Origin: Elusimicrobiota bacterium
Lineage (GTDB): Bacteria > Elusimicrobiota > UBA8919
NCBI GenBank assembly: GCA_043816185.1
Contig: JBDRIG010000050.1
Coordinates: 1 to 40,889 of the forward strand
Length of the DNA stretch: 40,889 nt
Direction: 5' to 3'
Position 1 is the first letter of the stretch; the number at the start of each line of letters is the position of its first letter. Positions 1-9,112 of the stretch are shown here, piece after piece. A program made the translations under genes and the position numbers. Below the pieces are notes generated by a model. The model did no database searches and was not told the DNA's origin. It saw only the letters and a program-made list of their open reading frames with translations.

Positions 1-192
1 CTTTATTATTGGTGTCATTTACAAATTTATATTCGTTTATCTCCACCCGTTTAGCGGGAAGGAAGCGTGTCAAAAGATGCTGATTTTTGACAAAGGGGAT
101 GCTATTTTCTACTTGACATGCTTTTCCATAGATGATGACAAAAGCCCTTACAATAACAAGCTGAACTTAACGAAATAGTGCTACACAACTAT

Positions 193-969
193 CTATTTTT
201 CAATAACTTTGCCATCTTCATCTATCGAAAACTTTATTTTAGTTTCAACTTTTTTTTCATTCTTAGCTGGATCTGTGTAAAAAACTGTTGCAGTTGACTC
301 GTAATTTCCTTTTGCTAACCCTTCCTGCATCCAGCTCCGTAGAGCAAAACTTTCACCAGAACGGTAAAACCACGGATTTAATTCTAATGCCCTCGTAGTA
401 CCACCTTGAAGTTCTTTTAATATTATTTTGCCTCTTGTTGTTAAATGCACATTACCTGTATTTTTAAATAAAACTGCGAAACCATAATTGCCATTGTTAC
501 ACTCTACATTGAAGTTCGTTATTCCCCCAACAGACTTTTCAGTACCCTTAACTGTGATATAAATGCTTTGGGGTACTCTTGTGCCAATTTTGACTTCACC
601 AAGTTTTGAGCCAATTGAAGCGAAGAAAACTTGTGCCACAAGGTCGCCCTTAGCGTCCTTAGGCACAACGGCAACCCACTTTACTTCCTTCATTTTTTTT
701 GGCTTGACAACAAACTTTTCTTCAGGTTTTATCTTCAACCAATCAACACCATTTTTTCTACCCTTTGACCAATCTTCTGGCTGGATTTCCACTTCTAATT
801 CTGCATCTTCTGGACCTATCACCCAAACATTACCCTTAATTGTTTCGCCAGGTGGTGCGATTATTTCTTGCACTTCAGGATATACTTTCACCTGAGCGAA
901 TACTTCCATGGACGCAAAGGACGCAAAAATTAAAAATGAAAATATAGCCAGAACAATATTTTTTATCAT
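193..969 (-). CDS. Secreted two-domain beta-sandwich protein, pilus-chaperone-like / WxL-interacting (DUF916-DUF3324-like)
   Basis: 258-aa ORF with signal peptide (..EVFA/Q), 'VKVYP' start of mature domain and 'FKNTGNVH' motif typical of PapD-like/DUF3324 domains; lies downstream of a pilin-like gene. Confidence 0.55.
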   Translation of the reverse strand: MIKNIVLAIFSFLIFASFASMEVFAQVKVYPEVQEIIAPPGETIKGNVWVIGPEDAELEVEIQPEDWSKGRKNGVDWLKIKPEEKFVVKPKKMKEVKWVAVVPKDAKGDLVAQVFFASIGSKLGEVKIGTRVPQSIYITVKGTEKSVGGITNFNVECNNGNYGFAVLFKNTGNVHLTTRGKIILKELQGGTTRALELNPWFYRSGESFALRSWMQEGLAKGNYESTATVFYTDPAKNEKKVETKIKFSIDEDGKVIEK

Positions 970-1029
970 TATAACCTACAAGGAGTACATGCGACTTGCT
1001 TGTCATCGAAAGGGAGCGTGTTCAATGCT

Positions 1030-1092
1030 TGTCATCCCGAGAGATCTCTTCCAGTCGAAACAGAAAGATCTCTCCTTTCAGTCGAAATGACA
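1030..1092. repeat. REP-like palindromic element (TGTCAT...ATGACA)
   Basis: Terminal inverted TGTCAT/ATGACA, with an internal AGATCTCT..CAGTCGAAA segment present twice (1042-1060, 1066-1087); intergenic. Confidence 0.6.
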
Positions 1093-1108
1093 GATTAAGC
1101 TAAGTACG

Positions 1109-1861
1109 TTAGTAATACAGGTCAAACCAAATCTTGGTTTCATAACTCTTGCCACCAGCAGCAGGAGTAAAATCACCCTCTACATAGACATAGTTTGAAG
1201 CAGCGGTTGTGATCCCAATAGGAAGATTTCTGTAACCTGGTCCACCATAGAGGCATGTTGTATAACCGGTTGTTTTGCAACCTACCCACGATTGATCACC
1301 ATTAATGGCTGAATCCTCAAGATCTGCCTTGTCTTTCATATACATCCAACCCATATTTGCAGTTGTAGTGGAACCAGAAACCACATTTACTACACTCGGA
1401 CCACCAACATTAACAACACCTATAGGTGACCCTGAAACAATCCATAACACAGGTAGGCGAATGAAGTTTGTTGTGCCTGATAAAGCATCATTGTTGTATA
1501 ATCCGGCGGCTTGATAGACACCAGCGACAGAATTTACACTAACTCGTGGGGTATTATTGGTATAAACATCTACTGACCATGCGGATCTGTTTGAAGTAGA
1601 AGTTACAAGTATGTATGCCTGTGGCAGTTGATACGCAGAGCCAGCATTAACCATTCCCCATGAAATAGAACTTACATTAACATGTGTTGCTCTATCCTTT
1701 GCTTGAATGGTCATCACACTCAAAACCGAAACGGTTGCAGTTGATGGCACACCAGCAGTAACATCAATACCAGCAAACAATTGACCCACATTTGACAAAA
1801 ACAATCCAACCGTCAAAACACACAAACCAAACCCAAAAACTTTTCTACTAATCTTACTCAT
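1109..1861 (-). CDS. Secreted beta-rich protein, possible pilin/WxL-like surface subunit
   Basis: Start moved to ATG 1861 (MSKISRK) behind AGGAGG; signal peptide; V/S/T/G-rich; C-terminal GKSYETKIWFDLYY resembles the terminal strand of fimbrial/WxL subunits. Confidence 0.5.
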   Translation of the reverse strand: MSKISRKVFGFGLCVLTVGLFLSNVGQLFAGIDVTAGVPSTATVSVLSVMTIQAKDRATHVNVSSISWGMVNAGSAYQLPQAYILVTSTSNRSAWSVDVYTNNTPRVSVNSVAGVYQAAGLYNNDALSGTTNFIRLPVLWIVSGSPIGVVNVGGPSVVNVVSGSTTTANMGWMYMKDKADLEDSAINGDQSWVGCKTTGYTTCLYGGPGYRNLPIGITTAASNYVYVEGDFTPAAGGKSYETKIWFDLYY

Positions 1862-1938
1862 TTTTTTACCTCCTTTTTTAATTTTTACTACTCCATCTTT
1901 ATAAAATGACATACTTCTGGCAATATACTCCCAAGATG

Positions 1939-1980
1939 TGAAAAAATTATGAAATATTTGTGAATTATTTGTGAAATCGT
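1939..1980. repeat. Four 11-bp-period TGAA direct repeats
   Basis: TGAA at 1939, 1950, 1961, 1972, upstream of the pilin-like gene. Confidence 0.5.
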
Positions 1981-2103
1981 AAATTTTAAGGTCTGCAAAA
2001 ATTATTTCTTTGATATTTTTATGCTAACATCTCGCTTAATGCCTTAATATCTCTTCTTCAATATGTTTATTTTTCTAACTTTTGTCAAACCTGTGCAGAT
2101 ATT

Positions 2104-2120
2104 AGCATAATGTTTACCAA
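2104..2120 (-). promoter_or_regulatory. Candidate sigma-54 -24/-12 promoter
   Basis: Minus strand TTGG-TAAACATTAT-GCT has exact GG-N10-GC spacing but only partial consensus. Confidence 0.25.
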
Positions 2121-2138
2121 TTGTCAACTCTGTCGGAA

Positions 2139-2167
2139 ATCTCTAAATCCGTATTGAATTTAGAGAT
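2139..2167 (-). terminator. Hairpin directly after the sigma-54-like gene
   Basis: ATCTCTAAAT (2139-2148) / ATTTAGAGAT (2158-2167) perfect 10-bp stem; weak U tract. Confidence 0.3.
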
Positions 2168-3207
2168 CATTTTGCCTTGTTTAACTCAGATATATAATAT
2201 GCTATGCTCCTTCGTGGTATATTTATTTTATAATCATTTTTGAGAATCCATTTAATTTTTTCAGCACTTAGATATTTTTCATTTTTTTCAATAATTTTTT
2301 TGATAATTAATTTCTTTACATCTTTTTTATTGCAAAAAAAATCTTTCAAAAGAATTTCTTTTTTCGACGGTAATTCTATACTTTTATTTGTTATAATACG
2401 ACAAATAATACTTGGATCAACATCTATTTCTTTTGACAGCATTTTTTGCGTTAATAGTTTCAATTTTTCTGAATCGTTCGAATTTAAAAAATCTTTTTGA
2501 TGAGATACTAATTTTTCAAGTATTTGATGAATGTTGGTTTTTCTTAAGTTTATCAGTTCAAGTTTATGAATAAGTGATTTTTTATCTTTGTCTTTTACTT
2601 TTTCAAGTTTGTCATAATTTATCTCGTATTTTCCCCTCGCTAAATTTGGTGAAAAAAAGTTCACAATAAAATCATCTCCGTCACTATTTATAGACGCTAT
2701 CTTATGATGCCCAATTTGTGTGGTAGTATCAGTTTTTGATGGGTTATAAAATTCTGATTGGATAGATATTTCGTTTAATAGTTCAATAATTGCTTTAATT
2801 TTGTCAATTTCGATTCCACAATTTTCTGCTATTTCATCATTTGATATATTGTCTTCGTTGTACAAGAAATATTTTTTAAACTTTTCTATTCCAATTTCTT
2901 TGATTATTTTAATTGCTTCTTGTTTCGTTTCCAAAATTTGTACTACGCCAACAGATGTTTGATCGCTTGCTATGTTTTCATTCAATTCTAAAAAATTGGT
3001 TGAAAAATCCGTCTTAGAAAATCTTTTATGTCTTACAATTTTTTCTTTTCTTAAATTTTCAAACAATGGATCTGATTCTACGTCTATTACAAGTTGATTA
3101 AACTCTTTTTCAGTCAGCTTTATAATATTAGATAATCTCATACCTAATACCTGACGAGCACTGGTCTTCATTCTTACAAGATTAGATGTTCTTAATTGTT
3201 GATTCAT
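2167..3207 (-). CDS. Short divergent sigma-54 (RpoN)-like factor
   Basis: N-terminal segment like the activator-interacting domain (..ESDPLFE), HTH LTQKMLSKEIDVDPSIICRIITNKSI, degenerate RpoN box PRRSIAYY (canonical ARRTVAKY); only 346 aa. Confidence 0.7.
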   Translation of the reverse strand: MNQQLRTSNLVRMKTSARQVLGMRLSNIIKLTEKEFNQLVIDVESDPLFENLRKEKIVRHKRFSKTDFSTNFLELNENIASDQTSVGVVQILETKQEAIKIIKEIGIEKFKKYFLYNEDNISNDEIAENCGIEIDKIKAIIELLNEISIQSEFYNPSKTDTTTQIGHHKIASINSDGDDFIVNFFSPNLARGKYEINYDKLEKVKDKDKKSLIHKLELINLRKTNIHQILEKLVSHQKDFLNSNDSEKLKLLTQKMLSKEIDVDPSIICRIITNKSIELPSKKEILLKDFFCNKKDVKKLIIKKIIEKNEKYLSAEKIKWILKNDYKINIPRRSIAYYISELNKAK

Positions 3208-3276
3208 TATTTTAGTTTTAGCGTTTTAGCAAAATAAAGCGGTTGCCAGCTCATAATTCATAATTCTGTCTTATTA

Positions 3277-3352
3277 TGCCGCTAATGGGATTCGAACCCA
3301 TGATCTCCGCCTTGAGAGGGCGGCGTCCTAAACCAAGCTAGACGATAGCGGC
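3277..3352 (-). tRNA. tRNA-Glu (anticodon CTC), CCA not encoded
   Basis: Minus strand GCCGCTA...TAGCGGC-A acceptor stem, anticodon arm CCGCC-CTCTCAA-GGCGG, T arm GGTTCGAATCC. Confidence 0.96.
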
Positions 3353-3404
3353 AGTAAAACCAAAAATTAAAAAAACGAAGATTGGTAAGAAGATTGGCAA
3401 AAAA

Positions 3405-4487
3405 TTATTTATTTTCCACTGTTTTAATTTCTTGATGCTCAACAGACAAAAGCTTATCTTCAAATTTTTCTAATTTTTTCGATGTCTCGTCAAATTTACC
3501 AGCAACTTTTGAAATATGCCCGCCGAGTGTTTCAAAATCCTCTTTGAATTTACCAAAATCACCTGTCAAGCGAGAGAGGATTCCCATTATGTTTCGCGCA
3601 CTTTCCTCAATTTTCAAACCTCTAAGTCCCAAAACAATTGATTGCAAATAAGCGTAAAAAGAATTTGGAGAAACGGGAATAACACGCTTACCAAGAGCAT
3701 AGATTGAAATTGAATCGTCGGTAGCATCATTTTTTATTATTGTCTCATAATAAACATTTTCAGCAGGAATATACATTAACGCAAAATCAAAAGTTCCTTC
3801 ATCTGGCAAAATATATTTTGAAGAGATAGCATCTATATGTTTTTTTACATCACTTACAAATTTTTTCCGTGCTTGATTTTTCTCCTTTTCTTCAACCACT
3901 TCAATCATTTTTTTGAAATTTTCAAGCGGAAATTTTGAATCAACAGGAACAATACCCTGCCCAAGATGGATTGCAGCATCAACCCTTTCGCCTGACTTAA
4001 AGGTATGCTGGAGTGTATAAAATTTTGTAGGCAAAATTTGTGAAAGTAAATCACCAAGAAAAAATTCACCAATATTTCCACGCAATTTCGGTGCCCTTAA
4101 AATTTCTTGTAAAGATGCAATATCCCGTCCAACCTCGAAAACCCGCTTTGTTGCCTCTGAAAGTTGTCCTATACTTTTGTTAACATCGCTAACAACGCCT
4201 GCAGCATTATCAAGTCGTTCTCCGACAGTCTTTTGCGAATTTAATAGTTGCTCGGTAACTAATGAAAGTTGACCATTTACCTGCGAAGTTAAGGTTGCAA
4301 TTTGTTGATTTATAAGTCCCGTATTTCCTGTAAGTGTTTCACTAATTTGTTTTCTTAAAGCATCTATCTGTTGTTGCATTAACGATTGCGACTGTAAATC
4401 TTGCTGCGACAATAACGTTTTTTTTGTAATAAAAAATACGAGTATCAAAATTATTATTACTGCAATAATTAAAGCAACTATCATCAT
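3405..4487 (-). CDS. rmuC: DNA recombination protein RmuC
   Basis: N-terminal TM, coiled coil, PKLRGNIGE, VPVDSKFP and DFALMYIPAE motifs. Confidence 0.93.
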   Translation of the reverse strand: MMIVALIIAVIIILILVFFITKKTLLSQQDLQSQSLMQQQIDALRKQISETLTGNTGLINQQIATLTSQVNGQLSLVTEQLLNSQKTVGERLDNAAGVVSDVNKSIGQLSEATKRVFEVGRDIASLQEILRAPKLRGNIGEFFLGDLLSQILPTKFYTLQHTFKSGERVDAAIHLGQGIVPVDSKFPLENFKKMIEVVEEKEKNQARKKFVSDVKKHIDAISSKYILPDEGTFDFALMYIPAENVYYETIIKNDATDDSISIYALGKRVIPVSPNSFYAYLQSIVLGLRGLKIEESARNIMGILSRLTGDFGKFKEDFETLGGHISKVAGKFDETSKKLEKFEDKLLSVEHQEIKTVENK

Positions 4488-4531
4488 AGTTTGATTATAC
4501 TAAATTTAATTAAAAATTCAAGGAATCGTAT

Positions 4532-4636
4532 CAAGAATCGCCTCGCCAAGAATCGCCTCGCCAAGAATTGTCTTGTCAAGAATTGTTTCGCCAAGAATTA
4601 TCTCGCCAAGAATTATCTCGTCAAGAATTGTTTCGT
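4532..4636. repeat. Seven-unit degenerate 15-bp tandem repeat (CAAGAATYRYYTYGY)
   Basis: Units begin at 4532, 4547, 4562, 4577, 4592, 4607, 4622; the last overlaps the helicase 3' end. Confidence 0.9.
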
Positions 4637-7600
4637 TTTGCTGAACAAACATTGTTGAATGGGCAGTAATTACATGAGAGGTATCGTGGGACTGCTACAA
4701 AATTTTTGTTTTTAATTCCTTCTGAAACTTTTTCTATAGTTTTTTCCATTTTTTCAATCATCTTATCGTCGGGTACAATTGAACCAATAACGCCTGTATC
4801 AACAAAATGTAACTCCACTCTCAAAGGCATTTTTCCTGTAATTCTCTTCCATGCAAGTGCATACATAGCGAGTTGAGTGCTTTTTTGAGCCCTATCATCC
4901 GCTTCATCTTTATCGGAAATATCAGACGTTTTGAAATCAATTATCACCGCACCTTTTTCAACTAAAGAATTATTTACCCTGCCTAATAAATCAACCCTGT
5001 CAAACCTACCCGTAATAATATCGTCGCCAAATATAAATTTGAATTTTTTTTCGATATATTTAGGAATTATTTTGGATTTTTGTTCACGTTGAAAAAATTT
5101 TCTTAAAGTTTGTCTGCCATTTTCTAATCGCATTTCTTCATGCTCGCGTGATAAAAATCCAGACGATTGCCAATTTGTTTCAAATTTTTTTGAAAGTTCC
5201 GACAAATCAACGTGCTTACCATCCATCTTCCTTTTGTAATAAAATTGAATTGTTTCGTGCATCGCATTTCCATAAATTATGGAGTGATTTGCCATAACAG
5301 GAATTTTTAATATATGAATATATTTATATTTCAACGGGCAGGTAAGATAATCGTCAATCTGAAAATGGCTCAACATCAATTGTTTAGATATTGGTACTTT
5401 TAAGATATTTGAAGAACTTTCTGTAATTTCATTTTTTTTAATCACTTCTATCGGATGAAGTTTTTTTGCTACAATTTTCATCTGTATGGTCGACACTAAA
5501 TTAATTGCCTCATAAACAAACTGACTTATTTTTTTTTCTCTTTGCCCACCATAATCACAAGCAGATGTAAGATAAAGTTTATCTTTCGCTCTGGTCATAC
5601 CAACGTAAAAAAGTCGTCTTTCTTCCTGTATGTGAAAATTACCAAACGGCAAAATATCTTTTACAAGTGAATCTGGAATTTCTATGCATTCCTTTCTGCG
5701 TCTTGTTGGAAATTTATTTTGAATCAACGAAACCATAAACACAACAGGAAATTCAAGGCCTTTCGCTTTGTGAATCGTTAAAATATTTATAGCGTCGGTA
5801 TCTGAATCCACTTCCGCTGTCGCTGGATTACTTCCCGCTTCAATAATGGCAGAAAGATGGGATGTAAAAAATTGCAGTTTATCAGTTTTTCCAATTTCGG
5901 AATAATTTTTGACTATTTCAAAAAATAAAGCAATGTTTGAGACTGCCTCAACATTCTTTGAATCTTGTTTAATGGAGAGATTGGCAAGTTCTTTTAGCCA
6001 ACCTGTTTCACTAATAAATTTGTACAATATCTGACCTGTTGATAATTCTCGCGATAATTCGACATATTTTTTAATATCGTCGGTAATTCTTTTAATAATT
6101 TTTTTTCCATCTTCGGTTATTTGACCAACAATTGTCGGATAAATATCTTTCGTATCAAATTTATTGAACACATTATACAATGGAATTTTTTTGTTTGAGG
6201 ACTCGCTAAGAAGTATTGTTAAATCAACCATCGGCATTTTATAAATCTCGGATGATGAAAGATGAAACAACGAAATATTGTCTGATAAATTCGAAACGAT
6301 TTTAAGAAATGATATTAAAATCTTTATTTCTTCTCTCTCATAAAGTCCACTTCTGCCTGAAAAATGCCATGGAATATTTTTAATATTGAATGATTTAATA
6401 AATGGCATAGCATCATTGTTCGAACGAACAAGAATTGCAATATTTGAATATTTTCTTCCATTTTTTAATAAATCAATTATTTTTTCCGCTACGAAATCCG
6501 CCTCATTGGACACGGTATCAAAATGATGATGTTGAACTACAGGCAATTGCCGATCAGATTTATCGTGAGTAAGACAATCGGCAACTGGTAGTTTATCTAC
6601 GGCAACAAGTTTTTTGTTAATTCCATTTTTAACCTCTAAGCGATCAGGATTATTATATTTTATAAGCGTATAAGCACTATCTAATATTTGTTGATGCGAG
6701 CGGTAGTTCTTCGTGAGAACAACTTGTTTTGTTTTCGGATATGCTTTTTTAAAATTTAATATATTTGAAATCGCCGCACCTCGAAATTTATAAATTGAGT
6801 TGTGCACGACAACATTGTTAGCAATAAAATTGTGTGTTTTGTCAATTTCCAAATCATATACAACCATATCTTTCCAGCGTTCTTCGACTGCAACTACTTT
6901 TTCATAGAAAATTCTCCCATTTCTAATAACTGGAAGAAAATGTCCAAGCATAACATTGCCTGCTGGCATAATCAACGCAGATTTACGCTGAATATAACAG
7001 GTGCCGACGGCAAATTTGGTTTCTATTATTCCATTGGTGATTTTTTTTAATCTATCGGCAAACTCGCTGACTTTTTTTACGTCGCAACTTGCAAAACAAA
7101 TTCTAACACCTTTTTTTACTGGAAACAGATTTATTTTTGATTTTCGCAATTTTACAATTACATCTGGATTAGATGTTTGCATGCTGACCTGATGCAATAT
7201 TTGTGTATATTTATCGGCAATAAAACCCTTCTCCTTTGCCTTATATTTTCTGGAACACATTTGAATACTTATTTTAATACGACTACTATCTTCATTGGTT
7301 GTTGCGTCAAGATAGTGATGAAAATAATTTAAGTTGATTCTTAGATCTTGCGCCATTCGCATCGCATTTTTATTTGTATCAATTTGTTGACATAGTGCAA
7401 TCAACCATTTTTCTCGTATTGCAGTTTTTTGTCTAACTGAAAAACAAACCGTTGGTATTTGATATTTTAGAGATAACAATGTTTCATAAAGTTTTGCTTC
7501 TGTTTCTGAATTAAAACTTTTAATTCCTACGATAAAATTAGAAAATTTTTCTGTCCGTGAGCATGTAGATAGATCGTTTATAACGCCAATCCGCCATTCT

Positions 7601-8733
7601 AAATTTTTATGACACATACACATAAGATAAACATAATATATTTTACCATTTTTTACATACGATGGACTATGGCAAAACATTTTATGATTATCGGTGACGG
7701 TAATTCTTGAGTTTTTCTCGGTAGTAATTGTAAGAAAACGGGTTTTTTTTCTATTTTTGAAAACGCGCAAAACTTTAGAGGTAGATGTGTATCCTTTACC
7801 GACGGCAGTAATCACAGTAGTATCTGGCTTTATGTCTCTAATCTTTTTGTCACCATTTGGCGTTTTAATTAGAGCGTCTGATGGTAAACATTGGTCGTCG
7901 TCGCCAACGACAGTTATATTTTTCCCCCTGTTTAGTAAAATTTTAAGCAGTTGAAATTGAGAATAATTTGTGTCCTGAAATTCGTCCACGAGAATATATT
8001 TAAATTTTTCACGATATTTTTTTAGTATCGACGGATAACTTCTAAAAAGTTTTAACGCCAGCCATACCTGATCGCTAAAATCTATCAATCCATATTGCAT
8101 TTTTAAATCTTCATATTTTTTGTAAATTTGTGAAATTTCTTTCTGAATAATAAAATTATCCAACAGTTCACTATTCTTTGGTTCTTTTTTGATAGCGATA
8201 TTTAGTGATTGAACGTGGTCTGCATATTCTTGGCACGAAATATCTTCATCTTTAAGACGAGAAAATAAAAATAACAACGCTTCAATATGTTTTTGTGGAT
8301 TACCCAACGGTCTCAACTTTTCCATTTGAAACTCAAAAAGATGTTCTTTAAAAAAGACGATTTGTTGTGGCTGTGCCATAACCTTGAAATCACTCGTTAG
8401 TCCCAAAAAAATCGATTCATCGTCCAAAATTCTGTTACCAAACGAATGAAACGTAGAAATCCATACATCAGCAAAACCATATGGCACAAGCACATCAACA
8501 CGCTCCTGCATCTCAGCGGCTGCTTTTTCAGTAAAGGTGAGAGCCAGAATTTCCTCGGGTTTTGCTTTTTTTTTGGAAATAAGGTATGCGATGCGATTTG
8601 CTATAACCGTTGTTTTTCCAGTTCCCGCACCAGCAATGATTAAAAGCGGACCTTTTTCATGAGCAACTGCCTTTTTTTGTTCAGGATTTAATTGTAATAA
8701 AAGATTTTCAATTTTCATTCTGATAGTTTCCAA
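4621..8733 (-). CDS. UvrD/PcrA-family helicase with intein and C-terminal PD-(D/E)XK nuclease carrying Fe-S-type cysteines
   Basis: AGAGTGKT, VDEFQD, TIHKAKGLEF, EERRLFYVGMTRA; C-terminal GRFDRVD..IIDFKT with TCP..CNYCPFNNVC. Confidence 0.92.
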   Translation of the reverse strand: METIRMKIENLLLQLNPEQKKAVAHEKGPLLIIAGAGTGKTTVIANRIAYLISKKKAKPEEILALTFTEKAAAEMQERVDVLVPYGFADVWISTFHSFGNRILDDESIFLGLTSDFKVMAQPQQIVFFKEHLFEFQMEKLRPLGNPQKHIEALLFLFSRLKDEDISCQEYADHVQSLNIAIKKEPKNSELLDNFIIQKEISQIYKKYEDLKMQYGLIDFSDQVWLALKLFRSYPSILKKYREKFKYILVDEFQDTNYSQFQLLKILLNRGKNITVVGDDDQCLPSDALIKTPNGDKKIRDIKPDTTVITAVGKGYTSTSKVLRVFKNRKKTRFLTITTEKNSRITVTDNHKMFCHSPSYVKNGKIYYVYLMCMCHKNLEWRIGVINDLSTCSRTEKFSNFIVGIKSFNSETEAKLYETLLSLKYQIPTVCFSVRQKTAIREKWLIALCQQIDTNKNAMRMAQDLRINLNYFHHYLDATTNEDSSRIKISIQMCSRKYKAKEKGFIADKYTQILHQVSMQTSNPDVIVKLRKSKINLFPVKKGVRICFASCDVKKVSEFADRLKKITNGIIETKFAVGTCYIQRKSALIMPAGNVMLGHFLPVIRNGRIFYEKVVAVEERWKDMVVYDLEIDKTHNFIANNVVVHNSIYKFRGAAISNILNFKKAYPKTKQVVLTKNYRSHQQILDSAYTLIKYNNPDRLEVKNGINKKLVAVDKLPVADCLTHDKSDRQLPVVQHHHFDTVSNEADFVAEKIIDLLKNGRKYSNIAILVRSNNDAMPFIKSFNIKNIPWHFSGRSGLYEREEIKILISFLKIVSNLSDNISLFHLSSSEIYKMPMVDLTILLSESSNKKIPLYNVFNKFDTKDIYPTIVGQITEDGKKIIKRITDDIKKYVELSRELSTGQILYKFISETGWLKELANLSIKQDSKNVEAVSNIALFFEIVKNYSEIGKTDKLQFFTSHLSAIIEAGSNPATAEVDSDTDAINILTIHKAKGLEFPVVFMVSLIQNKFPTRRRKECIEIPDSLVKDILPFGNFHIQEERRLFYVGMTRAKDKLYLTSACDYGGQREKKISQFVYEAINLVSTIQMKIVAKKLHPIEVIKKNEITESSSNILKVPISKQLMLSHFQIDDYLTCPLKYKYIHILKIPVMANHSIIYGNAMHETIQFYYKRKMDGKHVDLSELSKKFETNWQSSGFLSREHEEMRLENGRQTLRKFFQREQKSKIIPKYIEKKFKFIFGDDIITGRFDRVDLLGRVNNSLVEKGAVIIDFKTSDISDKDEADDRAQKSTQLAMYALAWKRITGKMPLRVELHFVDTGVIGSIVPDDKMIEKMEKTIEKVSEGIKNKNFVAVPRYLSCNYCPFNNVCSAKRNNS
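6799..7890 (-). mobile_element. Intein (364 aa) in helicase motif III
   Basis: VGDDDQ|CLPSDALI...VTDNHKMF...VYDLEIDKTHNFIANNVVVHN|SIYKFRGA; removing it restores the conserved GDDDQSIYxFRGA motif. Confidence 0.96.
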
Positions 8734-9082
8734 ATTTAATATAAATAAAAATTACTATTAAAATACCAACCGCATCAACCAAAACATCTAACGGTGTGCC
8801 GCATCTGTCTTTGACAAATATTTGATGATATTCATCGCTACAGGCATATAAAAATGAAATTACCGATGGCCATAAAACTAAAAATGGAAATGATATTCTG
8901 AACGATTTTCTAAATGCTCTTATTAAAAGGATTGTCAAAATAAAATACTCGGTAATATGAGCACCTTTACGCAAAATTAAATCCCAAATTCCAAAAGGCG
9001 TCTTTAATCCTGGAATGCTGGAAAAATAATATATAATGTAACTCCAAATAAAAATGGGCAACCACAATTTAGCGAATTTCAT
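8708..9082 (-). CDS. VanZ family membrane protein
   Basis: IYYFSSIP, RKGAHITEY, SDEYHQIFVKDR..DVLVD motifs; start moved to MKFAKLW. Confidence 0.85.
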   Translation of the reverse strand: MKFAKLWLPIFIWSYIIYYFSSIPGLKTPFGIWDLILRKGAHITEYFILTILLIRAFRKSFRISFPFLVLWPSVISFLYACSDEYHQIFVKDRCGTPLDVLVDAVGILIVIFIYIKFGNYQNEN

Positions 9083-9112
9083 AAAAAGAATACCTATGTA
9101 TGCGATATCTGT

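Noticed and set aside
41-70. SRP RNA, suggested by GGAAGGAAGC
   Set aside because: No preceding TCAGG motif or long enclosing helix
4532-4636. Possible CRISPR array
   Set aside because: 15-bp units are contiguous, with no spacers and no cas genes
4532-4636. TGA read as Trp (alternative genetic code), suggested by TGA/TGG alternation
   Set aside because: TGA ends many conserved genes at their expected termini (trpG, trpD, hisB, prfA, polA) and conserved genes have no internal TGA
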